64,000 bases of DNA from assembly GCF_963921235.1 (NCBI RefSeq), contig NC_086109.1, positions 33,294,001-33,358,000 of the forward strand. The letters run 5' to 3'. Each line of letters begins with the position of its first letter. Position 1 is the stretch's first letter. Below the pieces are notes generated by a model, which worked only from the letters and a program-made list of their open reading frames with translations, was not told the origin of the DNA and did no database searches. Both the position numbers and the translations under genes were made by a program. This document shows positions 1-12,718 of the stretch, one piece after another. Source of the DNA: Mobula hypostoma (Eukaryota).

Positions 1-523
1 ATCTTCAGTGAGATACAACGGCCAGAAAGGCGGTACTGCAACGCTCCATACAGAGCAAAGGGCGTGGCAAGAGGATGTCATGGTCATCCACTGCAACCCA
101 GGAAGACCCCAGTTTGTGATGCCTATTCGTACCATTGGACCTGGACGTCTGAGATTGAGAGAGTGGAATTGCCCCCAGTGCAATGGCTGATCCACTTTAA
201 AAACTCTCCCACACAGGTTTTCTGTCATCATTGGGCATGATGGACAACCACCATTTATTGGTGATCTTGAGGGCTTGGTTGGTATTAAAAGAAAGATTTA
301 ATTTATTTTCTGAAAATTTTCAGATCCTAACTCCATTCTGTTTCCGAATAAAAAGATGTTTGAAACACTATTAGGGCAGTTTACACTCTGGAATATGCTT
401 CAAACCAAACCTGCAGATTCCTAGACCAGAGTTTGTCCAATTTAACAAGGCTGTCTGCAGTTTACTGAATGTAATTAACCTTAAGAGGCAAACTCCCCAT
501 GAGATCCACATATCCACAACATT

Positions 524-898
524 AGAATCAGAATCAGGTTTATTGTCACTGTCAGAAGTCATGGAATTTGATGCTTTGTGGCATCGGGTCAGTGCAGGTA
601 TAATAAATTACTACAAGGTACTCTCAATAAATCAATCAAAAGAGCAAAAGAGGATCATGAATTCACGGACCATTCAGAAATCTAAAGACAGAAGGGGAGA
701 ACCTGTTCTAAAAAGTTGAGCGTGTGTCTTCCGGCACTTGTACCTCCTCCCTGATGGTATCAATGAGAGGAGGACATGTCCCAGATGGTGAGGGTCCTTC
801 CTGGTGACGCCATCTTCTTGAGGTGTCGCCTTTTGAAGATACCCTTGATGGTGGCAAGGTTTATGCCCGTGGTGGAACTGGCAGAGTTCATGACCCTG
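524..898 (-). mobile_element. Rex1-type LINE 3' fragment
   Basis: agaatcagaatcaggtttat tail. The reverse complement encodes ..IKGIFKRRHLKKMAS. Confidence 0.75.
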
Positions 899-3389
899 TC
901 AACTTGAAACAGTAGCCATACGACCAAGGCTACTGTTGAAAAGAGAGTCTGCAAGGAAAAGCAATAGAATTCCACTTCTTCACCCAAGAAGGTATGAATG
1001 CTCGTATATAAGGTCTGGGAACTGAGAATATTCCATGGCTTATATTGAATGCTAGGGAGGAGGTGGCCAGCAAAAGGTAATTCAGGCCTAAGCACAATGA
1101 AGTAATTGGAAAAAAGCCAATCGACCATATTGAATTCTACATAAACATAAATACATAAAAACTGCATTTCCACATTCTCTTTTAACACAGTGAAAGGGGG
1201 GAGGTTGGTGGAGAGTGCACACTATTAACAGCACAAATTGTTCTTCAGCCACCTATCCACACACCCTTCACCCATAACGTTCTATCACAACCTGCGCCGC
1301 CAAAGGGACAAAAATGAAAGCCACTGCCAGAAAGGGGGATGGGGGGTGGGGCCGGGGTTTGAGACCACACACATGAGAGAAGACTTTCAACTTCAGTTAC
1401 TCACACCGTTGCAGAAGACCTTCTGTAATTGATTGACTGAGGGTCTCTCAGTGCCAAACCATCTTCACTGTGTGTTGGCCACAATCTCATGGGTCCATTC
1501 ATAGACTATATCTTGTTGCAATTATTACATCCCCTTTGATTTGAACACTTTTACATGTAACGAATGCCAGTGAGATTGTTAATCAAATCAAAGACAATGT
1601 ATTAATCACAGGAACACTTAATTAGAGGATTTAACTGGAGGATTGTAAATAGCACTTTAGTTAAGACTTGGGGTTTTGTGGCCACCCTCATCATGGCACA
1701 GATGCCGAGCAGCTGTTGAAAAGAAGATTTACTGGCAAATTGATGAGATTCATGGTGTTGTCTAAGTTTGATATTGGTCAAAAAGTGTTAACGTTATTGA
1801 GTCAAGGAATCATTCATCCACGGTGTGCTACTCAATGCAAATAGACTTACGCAGTAGGGTTTGAGGAATTAATATGTGCCACATGGGATCGTTTGCTGAT
1901 CGCTGGTGAAATATGCCAATGTTTAGTATGGGCTAGAGTGTGGAAAGATCCATTTTGTCCAGATTGGTGCAATGATTTTGCAAGTTCCCCGTTAAAAGTG
2001 TTTTTGTATAATTCTACATTTGTTACTGCTTCTGAAGCCAAAGATGTTCTGCTAGGTGATGATGTTGGTCGAGGATGCTCCCGACATTATGCAAGGACCT
2101 GAATCAGATTTTGAAAAGGTAAAATACATTTCTACAGATGCACCTCTGTAGCGTTTGTGGTAAGACTGTGAATTAATGTCAGAACCTGGGAAAATAAATT
2201 GTGACTGGTGATCAGATCAATCCTTCCATGCTGGTGACAGAATATTTCTGGTAGTTTGCTCTTCCTGAGTGTGAGTACTTCCTGGATCTATGACCATTTG
2301 CACCGAGAGGAAATGGAAACCCTTTCTCATTTGGAAGAGCATCTGTGTGAGTAATGGGACCTATTTTGGCCATGTGTTGCAACAAATAGTTTCATGTGGT
2401 CCAGAAGGCAGTAATAATGGCAAAGCTAGCTCACTGCTCAGAATGTTAATAATTCCGCATTGAATATGAAGTCGATGAAATCACCTCAGTGCAAATACAG
2501 TGGCTGGGTGAATCTCTGATGTGGCAGTGAGCAGCAAATTGTGAGATATGACAGAGGTCTGCCATTGCTATTTGCAACCTGGAAGCACGAAAGTTCTGAG
2601 TTAAGATGACCACGGGGAGTGCAGTTCAGGCATGTGATTGTAGCTCAAGATCGTAAGATCAATATTCACAGACTTAGAAAACTCAAGCATGCACCTTTGC
2701 CCCTTGCCGAATGTCACCAACGCACTCTGTATGGCCATTACTATGCATCCAGTAATATAGTTCTGAAGGCCTGGCCTTGTCTCCACTGGCACCCATCGAA
2801 TGAACATGTCAACAGGTCAGTGTTGGAGGAAGCACTCCGGGGACTTTGGAAGGTGTTGAAACAGTTTGCAGTCCATTCTGTAGCTGCCCAGACAAGGCTC
2901 CCAAAGTCAGAGGCCAGCCCTTTTAAATAACACTAAAAAGGAACGTGGAATTTCCAAGTCATAATGCCACTGTTTTAATAACAGTAATGGCACACAAGCG
3001 ATCCATTACTTTCAAAAAGAATAGGAATGAGCGTTGTGCAAATAGTGATGTCATTTAGAATGTATCTAATGTAGAAGAAACATCAGATATGCCAACGTGA
3101 ATTGTATGTAGAAAAGCTTGGTCCACTTCCCCAATGCATGCTGCTTCACGTGCCACTAATCAATTAGGCGATCTTACTCTGTGTTAACTCCATTTATGCA
3201 CAATATGAGACTAAATAGTGCTGCAAGATCATCCAATTTTAAAACTGCTGTGCTTCAGCTTTATAGCTAAACTTGGTGGTATTCATTTGCATTGAGTGTC
3301 CGAGGATCACGTGACAAGTTTAGTCTTTTATTTTCAACTTCCTGTGGAGTTTTACTACTGACGTGACGATTCTTGCTTTCCTCAGAATG

Positions 3390-4127
3390 TTTTTTTTTAT
3401 TTCAAAATATACTTTATTCAAAAATAAATATATACAATAAACCATTCAATAACTTTTCATCCTTTACATACGTTTCCATTATACTCGGTACATATCCGTA
3501 TTTATAGCCACCCACGTGGCACTCCAGTAGTTCAGCTTAGCATATCATTGTTGAGGGGTATATTCCCCGCCCACCGACCCCTCCCACTCCCACGGGTGGA
3601 GAAACCTATACCGTGGTCCTTCCCCACCGGGCCCTTGCGGTGGCTGCACCGAGTTTCAGTGCGACCCTCAGCATGTACTCCTGCAGCCGAGAATGTGCCA
3701 GTCGGCAGCATTCTCCCACGGACATCTCCATGTGCTGGTAGATCATCAAGTTTCGGGCCGACCAAAGAGCGTCTTTCACCGAGTTGATGATCTGCCAGCA
3801 GCACCGGATGTTGGTCTCCGTGTGTGTCCCCGGGAACAGCCTGTAGATTAGAGAGTCCTCTGTTACGCAGCTGCTGGGGATAAAACGTGACACTAGCCCG
3901 TCCATCCTCCTCCACACCCTCTTTGTGAACTGGCAGTGTGCAAAGAGGTGGGTCACAGACTCCCCCTCACTGCAGTCCTCCCGTGGGCAGTGGGGTGCGG
4001 AGACGACGTTCCGGGCGTACAGGAGGGCTCTGACTGGGAGGGCCCCCTCACCGCCAGCCAGGCGAGGTCTTGGTGCCTGTTGGTGAGATCTGGCGATGAG
4101 GCATTTTGCCAGATGAACTGGACAGCT
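3390..4127 (-). mobile_element. Tx1/L1-clade LINE 3' end with poly(A)
   Basis: Minus-strand ORF end ALPVRA..CPREDC..ESVTHLFAHC..VKDALWSARN (zf-RVT-like), AATAAA and an A-tail (T-run at 3390-3398). CpG-rich, so probably young. Confidence 0.85.
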
Positions 4128-4471
4128 GTAAGTTATCCAGTAACTGTAACTTGTGCAGGAATGCAAACAAGGAGGTAACTACTCCAAGAAAGCCAACTAC
4201 ATATTACTTTAAACTTGCAGTTAATTGTAATATATAGTATATCTGCATTGGTAACATGATATTGAACAGCTTGCTATGAGTTAATGACCTGGGAAAAAAC
4301 TAAGATCCACAATTTAGGACACTAACATAGTTGAAAGATGCATAAAAGAAGACGCGGGAGAAATAATGGGAATGAAATTCAACTTCCTCGATTTGTTGCT
4401 CGAATTTCTTTAATCCATTCACATGCGCTTCAAAAATTTCAACTGAAATATAAATAAAGACTTGCAAATTA

Positions 4472-4569
4472 AGCAAAACACATAAAATGCTGGAGGAATT
4501 CAGCAGGCCAGGTGGCATATGTGGGAAAGAGTACAGTCGACGTTTCAGGCCGAAACCCTTCAGCAGGAT
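4472..4569 (-). mobile_element. Penelope pLTR fragment with hammerhead variant (CTGCTGA)
   Basis: The reverse complement reads ctgctga-agggtttcggcct-gaaac-gtc-gact. Flanks tgcaaattaa/tgtaaattaa resemble a TSD. Confidence 0.7.
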
Positions 4570-4896
4570 ATGTAAATTAATTTTTCTTTGGAAGATAGAG
4601 GATTATGATTGGTTGGTGAACTCACTCTTATAAAAAGATGGGAACAGAAGAAATCAAGGCAGGATTCGGCTAATCCACCCCTCAAGACAGCTCTAAAATT
4701 CAATTTGATCGAATCTCACCTTAAAATCCATTTTCCTCCTGTACCCTTGTTTATATACGTGGTGCAGATGTGAGATCTGCAAATGCTTCTGAATTAGAAA
4801 CTAACTCAGGCTGAAGCAATGAAGATTTATTTCCAAACATCTATATTTCAAATTTGACAACAATTTGTACAAATATTCATTTCATTCAAAAAAAAA

Positions 4897-6230
4897 TATC
4901 CACTGATGTCTACTATAAGCCTACTGACTCTCACAGCTATCTGGACTATTCCTCTTCTCACCCTGTCTCTTGCAAAAACGCCATCCCCTTCTCGCAATTC
5001 CTCCGTCTCCGCCGCATCTGCTCTCAGGATGAGGCTTTTCATTCTAGGACGAGGGAGATGTTTTCATTTTTTAAAGAAAGGGGCTTCCCTTCCTCCACTA
5101 TCAACTCTGCTCTTAAACGCATCTCCCTCATTTCACGTACATCTGCTCTCACTCCATCCTCCCACCACCCCACTAGGAATAGGGTTCCCCTGGTCCTCAC
5201 CTACCACCTCACCAGCCTCCGGGTCCAACATATTATTCTCCATAACTTCCGCCACCTCCAACGGGATCCCACCACTAAGCACATCTTTCAATCCCCCCCT
5301 CTCTCTGCATTCCGCAGGGATCGCTCCCTACACAACTCGCTTGTCCATTCGTCCCCCCCATCCCTCCCCACTGATCTCCCTCCTGGCACTTATCCGTGTA
5401 AGCGGAACAAGTGCTAAACATGCCCTTACACTTCCTCCCTTACCACCATTCAGGGCCCCAAACAGTCCTTCCAGGTGAGGCATCACTTCACCTGTGAGTC
5501 GACTGGGGTGATATACTGCGTCCGGTGCTCCCGATGTGGCCTTTTATATATTGGTGAGACCCGACGCAGACTGGGAGACCGCTTTGCTGAACATCTACGC
5601 TCTGTCCACCAGAGAAAGCAGGATCTCCCAGTGGCCACACATTTTAATTCCACATCCCATTCCCATTCTGACATGTCTATCCACGGCCTCCTCTACTGTA
5701 AAGATGAAGCCACACTCAGGTTGGAGGAACAACACCTTATATTCCGTCTGGGTAGCCTCCAACCTGATGGCATGAACATGGACTTCTCTAACTTCCGCTA
5801 GGCCCCACCTCCCCCTCGTACCCCATCTGTTACTCATTTTTATGCACACATTCTTTCTCTCACTCTCCTTTTTCTCCCTCTGTCCCTCTGAATATACCTC
5901 TTGCCCATCCTCTGGGTCCCCCCCCCTTGTGTTTCTTCCCGGACCTCCTGTCCCATGATCCTCTCGTATCCCCTTTTGCCTATCACCTGTCCAGCTCTCG
6001 GCTCTATCCCTCCCCCTCCTGTCTTCTCCTATCATTTTGGATCTCCCCCTCCCCCTCCAGCTTTCAAATCCCTTACTCACTCTTCCTTCAGTTAGTCCTG
6101 ACGAAGGGTCTTGGCCTGAAACGTCGACTGCGCCTCTTCCTATAGATGCTGCTTGGCCTGCTGCGTTCACCAGCAACTTTGATGTATGTTGCTTGAATTT
6201 CCAGCATCTGCAGAATTCCTGTTGTTTGCG
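4897..6230 (+). mobile_element. Penelope-like element (Neptune type), 5'-truncated: RT C-terminus, GIY-YIG endonuclease and 3' pLTR
   Basis: Frame 4854-5801 encodes STDVYYKPTDSHSYLDYSSSHP...FSQFLRLRRICS (RT thumb), a Cys linker CKRNKC*TC, and VIYCVRCSRCGLLYIGET..LGDRFAEH (GIY-YIG). One in-frame TAA at 5415-5417. Pyrimidine-rich pLTR with hammerhead motif follows. Confidence 0.93.
6094..6129 (+). ncRNA. Minimal hammerhead ribozyme motif in Penelope pLTR
   Basis: agtc-CTGACGA-agg(gtcttgg)cct-GAAAC-GTC-gact: stem I agtc/gact, core CUGAnGA, stem II agg/cct, GAAA, loopless stem III, and a GUC cleavage triplet. Confidence 0.8.
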
Positions 6231-6469
6231 TTTAATTATGGCTATTGTTGAAGATGGAAGTATTGACCTCAGAATGGGAATTTTCAATAGAAAAGAGGAT
6301 TAACCATGATTTAAACATTTTCATTGGGCTTTTTCTCATTACCAGAGGATGCATTGGCTACATACATCAGGATTAATTTGAAAAAGGAACAAGCACACAA
6401 CCAATGTAACAGTGCTTCTGGTTCATATGCCGACTTTTTAGTGGGAAGGGTTGCCAGTGCTGCACGGGG

Positions 6470-8540
6470 GTGGGGGTTATAAACTGGAGTTGTGGGGGGA
6501 TGGCAACCGGAGCACCAGAACAGATAGTGAAGTGATTGTGGAGAAAGGTGTTGTTAAACCTCCTTATAAAATCAGGAATCAAAAGGTCGAGCATGGTTCT
6601 GAACTGCATATATTTCAATGAAAGGAGTATTGTAGGAAAGGCGGATGAGCTTAGGGCATGGATCTGCATGTGGAATTATGACATTGTAGCCATTACTGAG
6701 ATTTGGTTGCAGGAGGAACAGAACTGGCAGCTCAGTGTTCCGGGGTTCCATCGTTTTAGGTGTGTTAGAGTGGGAGGGGTTAAAAGGGGAGGGGTGGCAT
6801 CGCTAGTCATGGAAAATGTCATGGCAGTGCTCTGTCAGGACAGACTGGAGAACTCGTCCAGTGAGGCGTTATGGGTGGAACTGAGGAATAAGAAAGGTAT
6901 TAGAAACATGAGCGATTCTGCAGTTGCTGGAAATCCAGGCAACACACTCAAAATGCTGGAGGAACTCAGCAGGCCAGGCAGCATCTATTGAAAAGAGTCC
7001 TGATGAAGGGTCTCAGCCTGAAGTGTTGACTGTTTGGTCTTTTCCATAGATGCTGCCTGGCCTGCTGAGTTCCTCCAGCTTTTATGTGGGTTAATAAGAA
7101 AGGTATGATCATATTAATGGGATTTTATTATAGACCACCCAACAGTCCATGGGATTTAGAGGAGCAAATTTGTAGAGAGATTGCAGATTATTGCAAGAAA
7201 CATAAGGTTGTGATAGTAGGTGATTTTTAACTTTCCACATATTGATCGGGACTCCCATACTGTTAAGATGTCTGAATGATTGTCAAATGTTTTCAGGAAA
7301 GTTTCCTGAATTAGTACATAGAGGTTCCAACTAGAGTGAGTGCAATACTAGAGCTCCTTTTAGGGAATGAGTCATGGAAGATAACAGAAGTTTGTGTGTA
7401 GAAGTACTTTGCATCTAGTGATCATAATGTACAGAGATTATATGTTCCTGTCAGAATAAAAGGCGAGGATAACAGGTTTAGGGAACCTTGGTTTACAAGA
7501 GATATTGAGCCCAGGTTAAGAAAAAGAAGGAGGTGCATGGTAGGTATTGGCAGGCAGGAACAAATGAGGCACTTGTGGGCTATAAGAATTGCAATAGAAT
7601 ACTTAAGAAGGAAATCAGGAGGGCTAAAAGAAGACATGAGGTTGCCCTAGCAGACGTGGTGAAGGACAATCCTAAGGGTTTCTACAGATATATTAAAAGC
7701 AAAAAGATAGCAAGGGACTAATTTGATCCTCTGGAAGATCAGAATATATATAATCTACATGTGGAGTCAAAAGAGATGGGGGAGATCTTAAAAGGATTTT
7801 TAGCACCTTTATTTACTTGGGAGATGGACACAAAGTCTATAGTGGATAGGTACCTGGGTGGTAGAGGGACGGAGGGCTATGGTCCCGGTGCAGATCAATG
7901 GGAGTACTGTAGGCAGTTTTAACAGTTTGGTATGGACTAGATGGGCTGAAGGGCCTTTTTCTGTGCTATACTTTTCTATGACTCTATGTGACGAAATGCA
8001 ACAGCAGGGTCATGGACATAATACAGATTAAAGAAGAGGAGCTGTTTTCTGTCTTGAGGCAAATTAGGGTGGATAAATCCACAGAATCTGACAATATGTT
8101 TCCTCAGACCCTGTGGGAGGTTATAGCAGAAATTGCAGGGGCCCTGACAGAGATATTTAAAACGTCCTTAACCATGGGTGAGGTGCTGGAGGATTGGAGG
8201 ATAGCTAATGTTGTTCTGTTGTTTAAGACAGGCTCTAAGAATAAGCCAGAACATTGTAGACCGGCGAGCCTGACATCAGTAGTGGGAAAGTTATTCTAAG
8301 GAAGTGGAGACATAACTATTCAAATATAAATATTTGGATAGACAGGGACTGAGTATGGATAGTCAACATGACTTTGTGTGTGGTACGTCAAGGAAGTTAC
8401 CAGGAAAGTTGATGAAAGCGAAGCAGTGGATGTTGTCTACATGGACTTTAACAAAGCCTTTGACAAGATTCCGCGCAGGAGGTCAGCTAAGAAAGTTCAA
8501 TTGCTCGGCATTCAAGATGAGGTAGCAAATTGGATTCTGG
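6470..8540 (+). mobile_element. Old fragmented CR1 LINE (APE and RT remnants) with nested insertions
   Basis: Remnants YDIVAITEIWL, KGFYRYIKSK, DWRIANV..LFK, VYMDFNKAFDKI with many stops. Interrupted by the Penelope mini-element and by a CR1/SINE 3' end (~7843-7987). Confidence 0.85.
6901..7092. mobile_element. Fold-back Penelope pLTR mini-element inserted in CR1
   Basis: Inverted arms (gctggaggaactcagcaggccaggcagcatct / agatgctgcctggcctgctgagttcctccagc) surround a degenerate CTGATGA hammerhead. TSD AATAAGAAAGGTAT at 6887-6900 and 7093-7106. Confidence 0.85.
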
Positions 8541-9408
8541 CCATGGACTCATTTCTACTTACCTGCCTTTTTCCTGTAACCCTTAATTTCTTTACAACAT
8601 GAAAAACAACTAACTGTGTCTTAAGTATATTTAATGAGGTGGCCCCTACTGCTTTTCCTGGACAGAAAATTCCACAGATTCACTATTCTCGGTAAAAAGC
8701 AGTTCCTCCTCATCTCTATCACAAATCTACTCCCTTGATCTTGATGGCATGTCCCCTAGTTCCAGTCTTATTGTGATAGAATTGTAGAATTATGGTATGC
8801 ATTTTGTTCACCTATTTTCTGTCAACATAAAAAGAAGTCCTGGATACAGAGAAAGTGACAGAGTAACTTCTACAAAATATACATGTAAGTATAAATATAC
8901 CTCTAGTGCTATTTTTTCTTGGTGCTTTCTTTGTCTCCACACAAACACTGACTTTCTTGGCATTAGCATGTGCAAGTAATGTAAAAACAGCAAAGGTTTT
9001 TCTTGTTGGAGAATCACAGAGACTTTATGTAACTTGAAATGTGCAAGTTCAAAAAGTCAATAAAATGGTAAGAAAATACACATGAAAGGGATTATTAAAT
9101 TATCAATTTTATCCCAGCTGAATTAATAAACTATATGCAACCTCTGATGGAATACTTACAACAATTCATGTGCACCCTTTCTTATAATATGAAAAAATCT
9201 ACAAGACTTACATTTATAAAGCACCTTTCAAAACCATAGAATGTGCCATTGGCTTACAGCCAATGCTGTTCAGTCAATCTTTTAAATTTAGACAAAGGGC
9301 AAGCAATGTTCACATAGTAATTTCCCACTGTGATAATGAACAAATAATCTAATTTTCACTAATGATGATGGAGAAGCAGGAGAATGGCATGGTTTGAAAT
9401 CATTGCCA

Positions 9409-10141
9409 TTGGGGTGGGGAACCTTACTAAGAGCATGTGCCCAAATCGCTGTTAATCTGCAAAAAGTATTCTCTCACACGGAAAGGCAACTTTGAGCAGT
9501 GATTATCATTGATTAATCAATTAAATAATTATGGACTTTTTAAGGAAAAAGCATGAGGCCTATTGCTTACTTATTCATATTCATTATTTTCCTATTAATA
9601 AAAGTGTAACAGAGACAGATTGAAATAGATCAAGCATTTAAAAAAAGTTTAATAATTACTCATATTAATCTTTTAAAAAGACAATTGAAAAATAAGCAAC
9701 ACACATCAAAGTTGCTGGTGAACGCAGCAACTTTGATGTGTGTTGCTTGAATTTCCAGCATCTGCAGAATTCCTGTTGTTTGAATTGAAAAATAATATCC
9801 TTTCTAAATAGTGTTGTTATTATAACCATTTACTATTGAAATACTGATGTGTACACCAGATCTGCGAGGATTTCGCAATGTATATATCATCAAATGTCAC
9901 TTGTTCATGCAACCATCTAGATGGTGCCAAGATGACTTACGCACTTCCTCTGAGAACAGGAGACCGCTCTCAGGTTGTAAACAAATCATTTACTGCGTTA
10001 TTTGGCAGTAAAGAGAATCATTGAGTATCTTTTAATTATGAGTGGGGCTTAAAGAATTGAGAATAGCACTGCATACTATGTGTCAACTAAATTTTTACTC
10101 ATGCCATCTTAAGCACGCGTGCCATAGGTTCGCCACCCCTG
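9409..10141. mobile_element. Non-autonomous hAT-like element
   Basis: The right terminus gcacgcgtgccataGGTTCGCCACCCCTG matches the inverted left end (t)GGGGTGGGGAACCT. The TSD is not convincing. Confidence 0.55.
9696..9782. mobile_element. 87-bp fold-back Penelope micro-insertion
   Basis: Hairpin formed from the pLTR end plus the 34-nt tail. TSD AATTGAAAAATAA at 9683-9695 and 9783-9795. Confidence 0.85.
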
Positions 10142-12371
10142 CATAGATGCTGTTCAATATATCCAAGAGTGTAGGCATAACCTCTGTCAGACTATGATCC
10201 AACAAATGTAGCTGCTGCCTGTGTCACTCTCCACTGCGTGCTGTATTGAAGTGTCAGCCAGGATGTTTGCTTTGGAATGTGATGAATTCTTGAAAGTAAT
10301 GCCAACTGATAGGATTCGGAATCAGGTTTAATATCACTGGCATATGTTGTGAAATTTGCTGTCTTTGTGGCAGCAGTACAATGCAATAAATAATAGAGGG
10401 AGAAATGTGAAATACAGTAAGTATATATATATATATATACAGTATAATAATTGAATTGAGTAATTAGTGCAAAAACAAAAATAAAAAAAGTAATGAGGTA
10501 GTGTTCATAGACATCCGTGCTCTGCCTAAATGATAACTCACATCAATGTGATGGGAGCATCATCTCATTTGTTTGATTGTCTTTAGATACCTCACAAGAT
10601 CATTTATCATATATCTCTTGTTGTATGCCTTCCCAACACATGACTTATAAAGGATGTTGGTGTTTGTAAGTGCCGATAATACTTGGGTTAATGATGTGTG
10701 GGTGTCAGGGTTTAATTGCAAACCCATCAAACAAATTAATTGGGTTACTGAGACCAACTTTTCAGTGGCAAACAGAACTAAAATATTTACAAGACATGTT
10801 GGAGTCTAAAATGTTTTCTTCTCTGTTTTCCCAGCATTACTCTATCATAAGCTCCACCCTCATGATCCATTGCTCACTGGTTGAAATTCATGACCCCATA
10901 AGCATTGAAGCCAATGTCAAAATGATTTGGTTATCTCTCATAAATGCATTATATGAATCATACAGTACCAGAATTCCCAACTTCAGAATTTTAATTTCTT
11001 AAATTGTTACAATATTCAGTTTTGTGTCAACATGGGAGAAGCCAATTTTGACAATATATTTTGATTCAGTAGCTCCACGTGCATGAAAGGTGAGGTGAGT
11101 AATGGCTATCATACAATATATGGAGCATGATTTAGTATGACGTTTTAGTGTTCACATAGCTGGACCATTTTGTCTGCCTTAAGCACAGCCTCTACTTATG
11201 TGACTCACATTGTTCATTTTTCAGAGGTAAACTATTTTGTTTCAGTTTATCCAGTTCTTTCACAATGTGATATTTTGGAGCAGTGGCTCTCAACTCTTTT
11301 CTGCTCATGGCCCACTTGCGACTTTCATTTACCTCTATAGCCCCCACCCTCCAGAGTTTCCATGAGTTGATAAAGGTTTTTTTGTCAACTGTACTAATTC
11401 TAATATACAGTCAATATTTACATTTTAGTAGGTTTTTAGGTATTATCATTGTTAAATATGTTACAGGTGTGTATGAAAAATAAAATTATTTAGAAATATT
11501 ATTTCTAATATATATAATATTCTTTGAACTAGCAATGAAAAAGCATTGAATATTGTTACTTCGGTTTTTTAATCAGATCCTTGTGATTGATTGAAACCAG
11601 CAAGTTTTTAAATATCTGGTTGCAACTTGGTTAAAGAGAATTGAGGATTTCCTCTTTTCACAAAATCAGGTCAAGTTTGATAGGTGAAAAGTTTGACTGA
11701 AACCACATTCAATTTGATAAGAGGTGGGAAATCCAATTAAAGCAAATTTGCTTTCTCCCAGAGTTGTAGAAACTTATTTTGAATATCAGTAGATATCAAT
11801 AGTTATCCAGAAATGTTGCTTGCTGCATTAGAATTTTGCTTGAGTGGTTATAACACTCTGCAGTTCAATAAGACTTTCCTGCAATGTGGTGTCAACAGCA
11901 TTCACGTTCACCCCAAATGGATCCACCTCCCAATCTGGATTATGAATCTCCAGCAAGACTCTGACCAAAATTCTGTATCAGTATGCAATTGTTTCAAATG
12001 AATCAAGATACACGTCAGATCATCATCTTGCAATTCTATTTTAAGGGTGGCCAGAGAAGGAAATTGCAGAAACTCACAACATCTAATATTGCTGCTGAAA
12101 AGTTTGTTTTCCAAGGAAAGTGGTAGTAGGCTCCTTGCATGATATGAGATTATAGTTTTCTTCCTTGTAACTGTTTGTGTAATAAATACAGTTTTTCAGA
12201 TCAATGGTGGAGTATGTTGCAGGGTATCTTGTTGGGTCACATCTGTCTACTCACTGCATTTCAGTGATTCAGGGGTGGATGTGGAGCAGGGTTCATCAGG
12301 CAGCTACCCTGCAGGGTGTGAATGATGCATGGACCAGCAGGAGTAGAGATGATGATTGATGTGCTGCACCC

Positions 12372-12559
12372 NNNNNNNNNNNNNNNNNNNNNNNNNNNNN
12401 NNNNNNNNNNNNNNNNNNNNNNNNNNNNNNNNNNNNNNNNNNNNNNNNNNNNNNNNNNNNNNNNNNNNNNNNNNNNNNNNNNNNNNNNNNNNNNNNNNNN
12501 NNNNNNNNNNNNNNNNNNNNNNNNNNNNNNNNNNNNNNNNNNNNNNNNNNNNNNNNNNN
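12372..12559. other. Assembly gap (188 N)
   Basis: Run of N bases. Confidence 0.99.
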
Positions 12560-12718
12560 TGTTTTGTTGCCTCATTGACATCATCTAGCACATTTTCCCA
12601 TTCATTTCATTCAGGGTTCCGATCAAAATGCATATATTCATTCTTTATTTATATATTTTAGTTATTTTTCCTTAAAAGAATAAAATTATCATGGCCCATT
12701 CAGGAACTCCTGTGGTTC

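Noticed and set aside
5595-6287. 230-aa minus-strand ORF and similar ORFs at 56407-57318
   Set aside because: Antisense or alternative frames of the purine/pyrimidine-biased Penelope pLTR. They recur only because the repeat recurs.
12261-12661. ORFs spanning the N run
   Set aside because: Artefacts of the assembly gap.
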